A stretch of DNA of 64,000 bases from Amoebophrya sp. A120. Lineage: Eukaryota > Protista > Dinoflagellata. The notes beneath the pieces are model-generated. The model saw only the letters and a program-made list of their open reading frames with translations, had not been told where the DNA came from and searched no databases. Below, in pieces: positions 47,672 through 58,995 of the stretch. Both the position numbers and the translations under genes were made by a program. Location: positions 5,598,757 through 5,662,756 of the forward strand of contig CAJINV010000001.1 in assembly GCA_905178155.1 (NCBI GenBank). The letters run 5' to 3'. Every line of letters starts with the position of its first letter. Within the stretch, counting starts at the first letter, position 1.

Positions 47672-50600
47672 TCACAGACCCCCTTCCTCGTCACTGCTGC
47701 TCAGCTCCACCACATCCCAACCCTCCCAATACGGGGCGTGCGCGGGCGGTACGGGAAACCCAAGGTCTTCCAAGGCAATCAAAAACGCCGCCAGCGCGTT
47801 TGCGCCCTGGTTCTTCCGCGTCCTCAGGCCGGGCAACGCAGAATGCGTAAAGAAAATCAAGCAAAAGCGCTCGCCTTCAAACGGCATGGTCCCGTGGATG
47901 TGCTCCCGCGCGTCGAAGCGGCGCGGGGTGTTTTCGACACAGAACTCGCGACCGATTATGTACTTGCCGCCGCAGGGGGCGCTTCCGTAGAATTTTGGCC
48001 ACCGCTCTTCCTTGCCGTACATGCGCGTTTTCTCGGCGGGGCTCTCGACGATGCTCTTCGGAACCAGCAACCGCACGACCCGCCCGTCCTCGGGCTCGTG
48101 GACTGGCGCCAAATCGGCCCGATGTTTCACGTCGCTGAGTTTCAGTGCAGGATCGTGCACGAAAAGGCCGCCACCAACAAAGTCGCCCATCGCGATCACG
48201 CAGCTATCGCCGATGTTCCCACTATCCCGGTGCGGGTATGTGAATGCGTTTTTGTAGACGTTGACGGAACTGTAGGAAAACTTCTGGTTGGAATTTGGCT
48301 GCGCGGAAGCCTCTTGTTGTCCTTTGAGACGAACAGTTTGGATCTCGTCGAGCAGGCGGCAGAAGAACTCGTTCACCAGCACACAGACCGGCCGGCCGCT
48401 GGCTGCTTTCATCTTCGCCGTGTCCTTTGTCAGTGTACATCCATGGCAGTAGTCACGCGTCGCGCCAAACGTGATGCTTTGCGTCATGACTTTGCTTTCG
48501 CCGGCACGGGTTTGCCGCAGATCCTTTCCCTTCACTGAGTTCTCGCCTTTTTTGTTTTTCGCAGTGAACGTGTCGCGAAGGAATCCGATGGCTTTCTGGA
48601 GAGTTTTCTTTCTATCCCCGTCCGCTGCCGATAGAGCAGGCGGAGGTGAGCCTTCCGCAACTTTGAGAACTTTTGACGACCCAGCGTCGCCTGGCGCTGT
48701 TTCGAGAATTGGAGGATCACCGGCTGTGAAACCGACCAGCATCTCGCCAAGCATGTTGACCGCGCACAGGATCCTTTCGATTCTTTCATCTACCCCGCGT
48801 TGACGCCTGTTCGACTCCATGATTTGCCTTCTAGTTTCTTCTAGTACCTCACGGCACCGCAGTGCGTCCGATAGAGGCGGCACCGACTGCAACAGTTTTG
48901 GAATGCCCGTCGTGACAAGACCACGGTCCAGCAAGCGAACGCAGTGTAAGTGGCCTGCAGCTATCCCTAACTTGTTTGCCTTACTTATTCGCACAAGCTT
49001 CCTCGTGGTCTTCGACACTACACCTAGCGCGAGTAGCCAACCCCATAGGGCCGAATGCGTGTACTGCTGCTCCGCTGTGCGACCCGTATCAATCCTCCTC
49101 CACAACTGAAAGCGCGACCAGACATTCTTTCCGGAATCAAATATCTGCTTGCATTTTTCTTCAAATCTTTTCAGGTTGATGCGAACGCGCCCACCCTCCT
49201 TTTCGCTGTCCCTGAGTAGGAAATCTGACACCGCAAGGCAGGGAAACTCCTCCAGCGTGCGAATGACGCTTTCCCATTCCGACAATTTCAGGCTCGAGGA
49301 ATCGCCATCGCTAGCCGATTTGCCACCAAGCGCAACGCGTTTTGCAACGCTCCAGAGTTCCTTTGGAGTGCGCTTTTCGATAGAAACTTGTCGGCCGGCG
49401 GCTACTAAAAGGCGGGCGAATTCCGATGCAGTACGACTTCGGCAGCCCTCCGCATCGACGGGCGCAGACAGGAGCAGCACAAGCTTGCAAAAATCACTAG
49501 TGGGACCCGGAACAACCTCGTTTTCAACCTTGCGCCAGGCATTATTAGCCGTTGTCTTTTGCAGGACGCCGAAGTCCAGAAGCAAACGCCGAATCTCCGT
49601 CAGGTGCGGGTTTTCTTCATCTTTTTTCTGCGGCGCCGCATCACTGCCCTGCCCTGCTTCGGGGCCCGCAGCATTGTTCTTCGAGCTACTACTAGACGAG
49701 GAGCCCGATTTTTTTCCAAACTCGCCCTGCTCCCACATCTCGCGGAGCGTCGTAGGTCTTCCACGAATTAGAATGCTCTGTGTTGCGAGCTTCTCAAGCT
49801 CAGTCGGCAGCTTAGCGCCGGCATTCAGCCCTGCGACAGTGACGCAAAGATCTTCCAGCTTTGCGCCTGGAAATGGGAAGCGCTCCCTGGGACCGAGGGA
49901 CATCTTCGGCTCGCTAGTGTGTTTACGAAGGAATCCACCACCGGCATGCAGACTCAGGTTTTGCGAAGCTCTGCCTGGTGCCGATGCAGGGGTCGCTTCT
50001 TGTGTCACTGTCTGTTTCTGCCCCAATTTAAGGCGTTTTGCCTGGGGTGAGCATGCTCTTGCGGCCTCCCAAGCAAGCCCACGCACGGCATCAGCTCCTC
50101 CTTCTGCCTCCTCGCCACATAGGTGTGGCGATCGGGTCCTCCTTTGCTGCTTTTGCACTTCCATTTGCCGGTGAACACTCTGGCTACCTCTTTCCTGCAC
50201 CGTCCCGCTGCCTCTGCTGCCGTTGCCACGACTTTCGTTTTTGCTTCCACAAGCAGTGCCGCTACTCTTTGTGTCTACTGCGCGGAAGTGGCCTTCAACT
50301 TTTGCATAATTCACAAACGAGAGACTCTCGAGCTGGATTTTTTGACTCAAGGCGGGCTCCAGTCCCGAAGAAGGTGCGGTCGAAGACAACATGGCAGCGT
50401 ACCTGTCGTCCAGGAATCGCGAGAACTCTTCGAGGCAAACACTGAACTGTCCTTGTCCTGTGAGCTTTCTGCTGCTGTCCATCTCCCTGTAGTTCAGCAT
50501 CTCGCTGAACTTGTCCCCGAGAAAATCCTTCACCGGCTTCAGATCTCTTTTGGGATTCTCTCCGTAGATGCCAGACTTGCAGAATTTGTCAAATTTCGTG

Positions 50601-51631
50601 TGCCAGTACTTGCGATATCCGGGACCGAAATAGCTCGGAACTGGATCGATGCCTCCTGCATTCACCACATCGAAGAAGGCAAGCAGCTTCTTGATCCGAG
50701 TACTGCAAATGGTGACGCGATTCTGCTGAAGATCCGTACTGCAGGTAGCGCCTCGGTTATGCTGCGGGCCGCCTGCGAAAGCAACGGACTCCAGCTTTGC
50801 TCCATCGTCTTTGATGTTGCTGCTGGTAGCCTGTCCCGCTCCAGCTTGCACCCGCTTTTTTTGCACTTGGCGCTGCCTACCGCGAAAGGCAGCCGCTGCA
50901 CTCCGACAAAACGGATATGTGGCGCCTTCGTGTCCTGCAAGAATATACTCCGTTTCCATGATCCTGAATAATGTTTGCGCCCGAGCCTCGCCGCAAAGAC
51001 GAATACACGCACAGTAAACATCGTCACGGGTCGGCGCTGTCTTTCCGCTCATGTCCCAATCTAGATCGTCTGCGTGATTGCTCAGATTGCCGATCGCCGC
51101 ACTTATTTCATCCAGCGTTGGCTTTTCTTGATCGCAATGAAAGTAGTCGCCCGGCAGCGGGCGTTTGCTCAGAAGCTTGACCAAAATCTTGACGACGCCG
51201 TCACCCGACGCTTTCTTTGCAGCCACCTCTCCAGTCGCGTCCTGGAGAAACAAGCGACCTTCGGCCAAACTGAGCAGCAGTGCTGTTTGGCGTTGTACTT
51301 TTTTACCCTTCTCCGCATCAATTTCCCACCCGGCCTTGGTCAGTAAAGTTTTTCGCATCTGATACGCTGGATCCACCGTGAAGCCCTCTGCCCTACCGAC
51401 ATCTAGCAGCCGAGCAAGCTCCTGTGCAAAAGAAACCTGAATGCTCTTGGTGGCGGCACCAGCGAAACTCAAACCGGCCTCGCTCAGCGTGTTCTCCAAG
51501 AACTTAAACGTCCTAGTCGGCTTGAAACCCGCGCGCGATACTCTTGATCGCCCATCTGTCCACGCAATGTAGACTTCGAGCCACCAAAAAAAGAGCTCCC
51601 AGAACGCCTCGACGCTCTCCGGATAAAACAT
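47672..51631 (-). CDS. 1319-aa protein with a C-terminal 2OG-Fe(II) dioxygenase domain (TET/JBP-like), copy 2
   Basis: Colinear paralog of 43243-46908 with a near-identical C-terminal domain. NLS-like PQAKRLKL. Confidence 0.75.
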   Translation of the reverse strand: MFYPESVEAFWELFFWWLEVYIAWTDGRSRVSRAGFKPTRTFKFLENTLSEAGLSFAGAATKSIQVSFAQELARLLDVGRAEGFTVDPAYQMRKTLLTKAGWEIDAEKGKKVQRQTALLLSLAEGRLFLQDATGEVAAKKASGDGVVKILVKLLSKRPLPGDYFHCDQEKPTLDEISAAIGNLSNHADDLDWDMSGKTAPTRDDVYCACIRLCGEARAQTLFRIMETEYILAGHEGATYPFCRSAAAAFRGRQRQVQKKRVQAGAGQATSSNIKDDGAKLESVAFAGGPQHNRGATCSTDLQQNRVTICSTRIKKLLAFFDVVNAGGIDPVPSYFGPGYRKYWHTKFDKFCKSGIYGENPKRDLKPVKDFLGDKFSEMLNYREMDSSRKLTGQGQFSVCLEEFSRFLDDRYAAMLSSTAPSSGLEPALSQKIQLESLSFVNYAKVEGHFRAVDTKSSGTACGSKNESRGNGSRGSGTVQERGSQSVHRQMEVQKQQRRTRSPHLCGEEAEGGADAVRGLAWEAARACSPQAKRLKLGQKQTVTQEATPASAPGRASQNLSLHAGGGFLRKHTSEPKMSLGPRERFPFPGAKLEDLCVTVAGLNAGAKLPTELEKLATQSILIRGRPTTLREMWEQGEFGKKSGSSSSSSSKNNAAGPEAGQGSDAAPQKKDEENPHLTEIRRLLLDFGVLQKTTANNAWRKVENEVVPGPTSDFCKLVLLLSAPVDAEGCRSRTASEFARLLVAAGRQVSIEKRTPKELWSVAKRVALGGKSASDGDSSSLKLSEWESVIRTLEEFPCLAVSDFLLRDSEKEGGRVRINLKRFEEKCKQIFDSGKNVWSRFQLWRRIDTGRTAEQQYTHSALWGWLLALGVVSKTTRKLVRISKANKLGIAAGHLHCVRLLDRGLVTTGIPKLLQSVPPLSDALRCREVLEETRRQIMESNRRQRGVDERIERILCAVNMLGEMLVGFTAGDPPILETAPGDAGSSKVLKVAEGSPPPALSAADGDRKKTLQKAIGFLRDTFTAKNKKGENSVKGKDLRQTRAGESKVMTQSITFGATRDYCHGCTLTKDTAKMKAASGRPVCVLVNEFFCRLLDEIQTVRLKGQQEASAQPNSNQKFSYSSVNVYKNAFTYPHRDSGNIGDSCVIAMGDFVGGGLFVHDPALKLSDVKHRADLAPVHEPEDGRVVRLLVPKSIVESPAEKTRMYGKEERWPKFYGSAPCGGKYIIGREFCVENTPRRFDAREHIHGTMPFEGERFCLIFFTHSALPGLRTRKNQGANALAAFLIALEDLGFPVPPAHAPYWEGWDVVELSSSDEEGGL

Positions 51632-52298
51632 CGTTTTTCTTTCTCACTTTTTGCGTTTTGAATATATGATATTTTGCTCTACTGTGACGCACACCGCTGT
51701 AAAAGGAATCAAATTTACGGGATGGGACAGCAACGACTGGACTCACGAGCGCGTGTGCCTGTAGGCAATTTCTTGCAGAGAAGATCAAGCAAGCTTTGGT
51801 CAACTGTCCTGTACAAGAGTGATCAGAACAAAACAAAAGCGTTGATGTGCTGTCTAACTCTATTCATTACAACAACCTCAATTTATTTATTTATTTAGAA
51901 TCGCTTCAAAGAAGCGCGCTAGCCAACCGGCAAAGCCGATTATGGCAGCGAGTGGTGGTCTTTCTCAAAGGTTATAATGCCTCCTCCTACGAAGACGATA
52001 CCTGGATCAAGCAGAGAGGATCTTGAAATCTTTTTCCAAAGGACAGATACGCGGATCAGTCGTCGCAAGATCATATCGAGTGCAGCATGGTCGTCACACG
52101 ACATAGACATATCGCGATCGCCAGTGTACCTGCATTACCAACACCATGACTAAACAGATTCAAAGGCAAACACGACTTATGGAACAATTGGAAAGTCGAG
52201 ATAGCCAAAATGACACAAACCTATCTCGCGCGGCTCAATCGTGTGCCTGGCAACACGGCATTTCTTCTCAAAAATTCGTTTTCGTTCATGAAAGCCCT

Positions 52299-54745
52299 TC
52301 ACAAAACACACAGATCTTCGTCCTCCTCATCGAGCTCTAAATCGAGCGCATCTGCTTGCATTCCGTCGACCACGGACTTCATGTTGTTTAGTCCGGACAC
52401 TTCTTCCAAAATTCGGTTGTCCTCAACGCACTTGCGGATGAAGCCCATCCCCTCCGTCTCATACGCGTTCCGAATCTGCGGCGAGCAGCACACGCACTGT
52501 GCGAACGGCTCTGTTTCTAAGGGAACCAGCCTGTAGTCGGACAAATAGCCGCGGATTTGATCTGGTACCTTTCCAAGCAGGCTGTCCTCCTTCTGCGCCT
52601 CGAAGCCTTGTGGGTGCTGTGACAGCGCTGCGACCAGTTCCGACGCGAGGGCGCTCGCGAGTCCGCTCACGCCCGGACGCACGACGGTGCACTGTCGGTC
52701 CAGGGTGCGTTCCTTCAGACTATCGGTGGGGGCGGAGACGTCGTTACAGAAGTAGCAGGCGCGTTTGGCAGCACCTTGGATTTGGAACAATTATTGTCGT
52801 GTTTTTCACTGCAATCCAATACAGAAACTTTGGTTTTCGTGTCGCAAGGGAATGTCGTTCGTTTTCTACTTCCATTCAGAATCAAGCACGAGCATGTCGA
52901 TCTTGTACCGCAGCTCTGCGTCATGACGAGGAAGCTGTCGAAGCCGAGCGCGACGGTGAGTCCCAGCACGGGTCGCTTCGAGGCCGCGACCAGGAGCGAG
53001 GGCAGCCACCGACTCTCCCGCGAGTCGGTCAACATGCAGATCACGTCGTGGCTGTCGATCAATTTTTGCAACTTCTCGATGTTTTCCTCGCTGTAGCTGT
53101 GCGAGTGCCCAGGCATCGGGATCTCCAGCTGAACGGCGCCGCCCTCCAGCTCCGGCATCACGTCCTTGGCGCGGGCGAACGCGGCTTCCGCCTTGGGCCG
53201 CTGGTCCACCGCGTCCTGGTGCGTGAACAGGCTTTGCCGCACAGGGTTACTGAAATTCACGATGCCTGGCGATGGGACAAGGTTTCGCAAATCCTGCACA
53301 AGAAGGCAGCTCTTGTCTCGGTGGTCTAGGAGGTAACCATAGATACAAAACCAAAAGCAAAACAAGAAAAAGACTAAGTTGTCCAAAGCTTTTTTACCTG
53401 AATCCAAAAACGTGATGTGTCGCACGCCCCAGCCAAGCAGGTTTCGCGCCAGCGCACAGCCGAGAGTACCGGATCCCAGCATGAGGAAGCGCAAATCCTG
53501 CATCTTCTCGGGCTCGAGGTCCGGTACCAAGCGCCATTTCATCAGCTTGATATTCAAGTCGACGGCGCTCTTCGCTATTGCAGCCGGGTTCAACCACTGC
53601 GCGAGGTCGACTTGCCGCACGACTGAAGTGCCCTGCTCGTTTTTCAGCCAGCTGTAGTTTTGAATGTTATAATGTATGATGTTGAAGATCGCATTCTCGT
53701 TGCTCGTGCAGAGTTATAACGATACAACAGGATCATGAAGGGCCAATGACAGCAATGAAACTAACAAGTAGGAAGCAACTCTTCTATCTATCTATACCCC
53801 GGAGAAAAGTTCTTCTCCGGGCACTTTTCCCTGTCTTTGTCGGTCGGCTGTGCGGCAAATCGAACCGTCAAGCGCTTTGCCCCCGCACCCTTCTGCACGA
53901 CGACGCACTGCGTGGAAAACTTCGTTCCCCCTTCCCCCTCCGCTTTTGTCCGAAATGTTTTGCCGCCGTCCAGCCACAACAACGTCAGGACGTTCCGGAA
54001 CCCGGAGTCATACGTATCATTCTCACCGCTGTCGAAATAGACGAGAAACTTTTCCTCTGCACTGCTCCCGTTCGCGACAAAGGCGCGCACCCCAACTTGG
54101 CCCGGAGCTTTGCTCGACGAGCTTGAAGAAGAGGAGGATGGTGCGAATCCCTTGATGCTTTTCAGCACACCCTCGTCCTTTTCTTCCTCTCTGCCGACCA
54201 GTTCCGGATTGGCTGGACACTTCACGAAAGGGAACCCGAGCGTGTAGAAGAAGTGGTACTTCTTCAAGTCCGCGAAAGTCACAAACACCGACGGCTGAAA
54301 CAGTTCCCCTTTCACGAGACCTCCCCACAGGCTTTTCTGCGCGTTCTCTAGCATGTCCTGCCGATCGTACCGCCGAAATTCCTCGATGGTGCTCATGTTG
54401 CGCAAAACGCCGGCCTGCCATGGCGGGACAGGCTGGGCGAAGGAGTTGTAGCTGATTTGAGTTTCCTTTTTTTCGACAGGATTTTTAGAAAGCACAGACG
54501 TGAACATCAGCAAGAAAAGCAGCCGCGTTATCTAGTACATGCTCCTCACCAGCAACTTCCGATAGATACCTGAACGACGCCTTCGAGGGTGCAAATAGGA
54601 TTTCCGAGCGGAGTTCCGTGGGTTTGTCACCGTCCAACCGCCATTCGTCCAGCTTCAGCCTGGCCAGCTCCTGCCAGAAGGTCGGGTCCACCGCCGGAGC
54701 ATAGCTCCCGATGCTCCACTTCAGCGTAGACGGTCCGGAAGTCAT
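52299..54745 (-). CDS. ATG7: Autophagy E1-like enzyme ATG7. Exons 54745-54570, 54451-53798, 53651-53398, 53265-52909, 52774-52299
   Basis: DPTFWQELARLKLD, TFADLKKYHFFY, SAVDLNIKLMKWRLVP, LGSGTLGC, NFSNPVRQSLF, TDSRESRWLP, ACYFCND, RTLDRQCTVVRPG (catalytic Cys). Four GT-AG introns join in frame. Confidence 0.95.
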
Positions 54746-55470
54746 CTTCGCTTTGTCGTTCTCCTGTTCGGCGGGCAAATTTAGTCCAATACTCCCCGGT
54801 GTCGGCATGCGTTCTTACAGCGAAACTTTTTCACTACGCAGCTGTTGTGGCGAGGCTCCTGGCGATTATCTTTATGTTTATTGTCAACAACCACAGGTCC
54901 TACAGCAGGTTTCCATATCTTTATCTTCAGTGCTTCTTTATCTTTTTTCACTTGCTGGCAGGCGTTATTTCGCTCAGACAAAAGCGCCGTGTTCATATTA
55001 TCGGCTTCTGTTTATTTCGCGACACTTTGTAGTGACTACTCGACAAGGAGAAGGCGCACGCACGCTCAAACGACGTTCAGGTAGTGCCAGAAGGCAAGGC
55101 CAAAGAAGCAGTCCCATCTTCGTATCAGATTGCTGATGAAGTGCCTTGTTGGCATTGCAGAATATCATCTACATGCGCCTTTTGGGCTTTCTATTTGTAT
55201 CACGTCGTGTCAGAATCTCGGATTTTCAAAGACGCCTCCATCAGTTTTTGTCCTGGATTCTCTCGGTGTAATCGGCGATTATTTCTATTCTTGCATATTG
55301 TTACTAGTTTGCTACGTTAATTTTCATCATCATCTAGAATTTTCAGAGACATGCAAATCCTTACAGCATGCGTTGTAACGCGGTTTTGCTTCTATTCTTT
55401 GTAAACTGTAAACTGGTTTAGTCTCGACGTCTACTTTGTATCTCCAAACACATAAATTGACATTTCAAAT

Positions 55471-58310
55471 CTACGAACTTGTTGGTGCTGGCCTGCCCAC
55501 AATTCCGATACCGCCGGCCGCGTAGTCGCCGGTGGGCTTCGTGTCTTCTGTGGCGTGAAACTGGTACTTCGGGGCTTTTGGGGGACGCGGCTCCTTTGAG
55601 GGCTGTTGCTGACCAAGTGCGGAGGTCTTGCTGTGCAACGCGGAATCTTTGCTATCGATGTTCGCCACGACACTGTCTGCCCGCACTTGCACTACTCCCT
55701 CCTTGCTGCTAGACGAATTGTAGGAAGCAAATTCTTTGCTGTCCGGTGCGGAGTTGTTGCTTCGCACTGTGTCCTTGCTGTTTACCGGGGAAATTCCTTC
55801 GATTGGCTGCAGAGCATTGTTAACATTTTGAAAATCGGTCGGAAGCGACGTTGACCGCTCGGGCGACATCCCCTGCTGCTGCACCCAGCGTGGCTCCCGT
55901 GAAAAGCACCGAAGTAAACTCCCGAAAATTTGTCCGCCCACATCCAGCTCTGGTTCGTGCTTCAACTTGTAGTTAGCACCGTTCTGCACACTCCACTGCA
56001 TCTTGTCCTTGTCATTCGCAGAGGAATTGTTCGTGGTGCTGACCGCTGGCAGAGTCACAGCACCGTTTGCCGGGGGCGCCGCTGAAGATCCGGAGCTTGG
56101 CGTCTCCGGTGGTCTCTTTGCCGTCGAACTTGCACTTGTAGAGGCAGGATCCGCTTTTTTTGGGTCCGTCACTGCGGAAAAAGCGTTCGCTTTGAACTCT
56201 CGAACCTCAGCGGCAGCTGCTGCAAATTTGCCGTCGTTTGCTTGTTGCGGGTCACCACTGGAATCTTCAGGCTGGACAGGTTGTACCTGCGGTGTTCATA
56301 ATTTTTGGTAGGGTGTCCAATTCCCTACTCGTTTTCCTTGATTTTAATGGCGAGGAAACATGCAAATACGCACATCACCAAATAAGCATCGGCAAAAGAC
56401 TACTATATCACACCTGTCCATCTTCGTCTTCCTCACTGGCTGTGGTCGTACTAGATGCGGGCCCCGGAGGACCTGGCCCGGGCTCCTTGGCGCTCAGCAG
56501 CCGATCCCGTGTCGTTCTCGTTTGTGCGGTTGGGTAGGAAGCGCTTCTACTTGACGGCGACCCCGGCAGCTGATACTCGAAGCTCGCAGCCGGCCGTTGG
56601 TGCGGGTTCTCAGGGGCGGCAGTCGTGCCTGCAGTGGGAGCGGGGGTCGACCCTAGATCCAGACCGCCCGGCCCGTCCGGCGGATGCTGTTTAAGTTCCT
56701 TGGCCGGCGGTGCCGACGTGGAAGAGGTGGAAGGAGTTGCCCCTGTGGCCGAAGATGTGGAGGAATCTGCAGTTGCAGATGGCTTCGCTGCAGGTGCTGC
56801 CTTCGCAGGTGGGGGCGTTGGTAAGAAGGGGCCCGGAGTTTGCGATGCTGGTTTTGGCATACTCGGAGGCTGTGGCACGTGCACAGGCGCTGGGGCTTGT
56901 GGGTGTTGTTCCTGCGATTTTGTTTTTCGACTCGTGACGGCCACTGAAGCGCACTCTTCACTATAGCTGACTAGCTCCAACGACAACGAAAACGAGGAGA
57001 AGGAGAACGAAATCGAGGAAAACTATACTGCTGGCTTCTCTGGCGCAGCTGGCTCTTGCTTTGCATCAGATTCCTCGCTGCTCGAGGTTCTTTGCTCTTG
57101 CTCCGACTGTCGCAAAAACGTTTGCCCAATCATTGACCCGTTCGGCGTTGACCCGTTCGGCGTCCGGTCCTGTTTGCAAGATCGCGTAGTGGCTGTTTGG
57201 ATAGAAATCGAAAACAGCGCATCTCAAAAAACCAACATCATCTCGTCCACATGTCAGCGTCAAACAGGCTAGTTAGTATGAAAGCCACAACAACGACCAT
57301 CATACCTCCGCAATGACGATGTGATTCGGATTTATCCTTCGCACTGGCGACATCCCACCCTCCGACTCCGACTCGTTTATGGATCCGTTGCTGAGCGCTC
57401 GCTTTCGTGCCAGTTTCTGTGGATCGGGAATGCGATGCAACAATCCGGTGCCAAACTCGCACCCGAGAATCCCGCGGCCGCCCCAGGCGTCGCTGGGCAC
57501 GATGGGGACAACGCGGGTATCGTCAGATAACACGTTGTACACATACATGGAAACGCACTTTCCCTTAAACCTCTGGACCAATTCCACCAGGTCATCCAAG
57601 TCGCGGAACAACGTGCCTTCGGCGCCGAGAAGAAAATCCTCGTTGCTGTGAATGTTGGTCGTTCATCGGTCCAAGACTATCCATGGTTTGGAAAAAATCG
57701 CGAACTTCTAGCACAAAAAAAAGCTCTGAACACGGCACCAGCAAAACTATAGATACAGTTGTATAATACGGTGTCACGCCGGCCATTTCCGCGGGCGAGT
57801 TTTCGAACACGTTCGTGACCCTGATATCGCGGTACTCGTGACTGTCGTAGGCATCGAACCTTATCGTTGCTCCGAGAAGCCCCTTTCCGCCCCATTCTTT
57901 CGGTGTCAGCTTGACATGGCGTAGTTTCGTGGTTTTCGTGCTGAACACCGTCAGATTTGTTTCTGTGTTCTTCCGCTGCCGAATCGAGCCGAAGAACCCT
58001 GTGAAGTGATCATGTGTCTTATGCAACACAGCGTCGATGCAAAATTGATATTTTCAGATTTTCACTTTCATCGAAAACCTAAATTTTTCTTTTGAACATA
58101 GACGAGTAGCTGTGTCACAAGCCGTATCTGCCAGATACTTTGCTGATCGCCGTCAACCGGCCTTCCCTCTACCCCGACGATATAGTCAAAGTAGATCTGC
58201 AAGCCGGCTTCGTGTGCCGGCGACCCCTTGCACAGGTTAAACACCCGGTATCCAAGTCCCTTCTGCTGGTCGGGGTCGTTGCTGTCTTCAGAGGACTCAA
58301 CGCCTCCCAT
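55471..58310 (-). CDS. GRASP: Golgi reassembly-stacking protein (GRASP55/65 family): tandem PDZ-like domains plus a long Ser/Pro-rich tail, multi-exon
   Basis: MGG N-terminus (myristoylation-type), GYRVFNL..SPAHEAGL..YFDYIV, WGGKGLLGATIRF, WGGRGILGCEFGTGLLHRIP. GT-AG introns 57999-58138 and 57646-57769. Tail exons (~57170-57030, ~56980-56414, ~56286-55471) are less certain. Confidence 0.88.
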
Positions 58311-58995
58311 GGTGACGGAATAAACTGAAGAACTTTGTTGCGTTGCTTAACCAAGGACCAACTTGCCGCTCACCTGCTCCTGCAGCGAGGGGACAATAAC
58401 GAAGCCATGCTGGTGTTTGTAGTTGGGCTCTTTGTGTCGTAAACCGTCCAACGCCTCTTGAATACCCCCGTAGCACTAGAGTCAAGTGAAGAAGAAAGGT
58501 AGAAGCGGAAACGTTTGTTTGTCCGTAGTATCGACGCAATCGGGAAACTTGAAGTTGAATCTTTTTGTACTTACATTTCCAACAGAAGTCACTCAACAGT
58601 TCAAGAACTTGTTTCACAGGATAAGATCCTCCGTGTGACCACGACGGGCGAACATGATAGCGATACAGACCGAGCACTGCAGTAGTTGCTTAGCAGCGGT
58701 TGCAGCGAACACAGGCAGAAACCGGTATACTAAACTTCTGCAGCAGAGCTGCCGACGTCTTCACACGAAATGCTGATCTTCCTTCGTCTAGTTTGTACGA
58801 AGATGATGTGATACACTTTTTACACACGACAACTGTGACAGCGCGTGTAAATAAACCACTGACTTTCATTTAATCATGAATCGTGAAATCTTGTTCACTG
58901 TCGCTTTATCTGATCGTAGTACCTGATCTGCCTTATTCAACAAGTGAAACAGCATAAATTTTGAAAAAGTATCCGCCCTCTGCTCTTCAAAAACC

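Noticed and set aside
57133-57162. 15-nt tandem duplication ttgacccgttcggcg
   Set aside because: Trivial duplication in the low-complexity GRASP tail (TPNGS twice)
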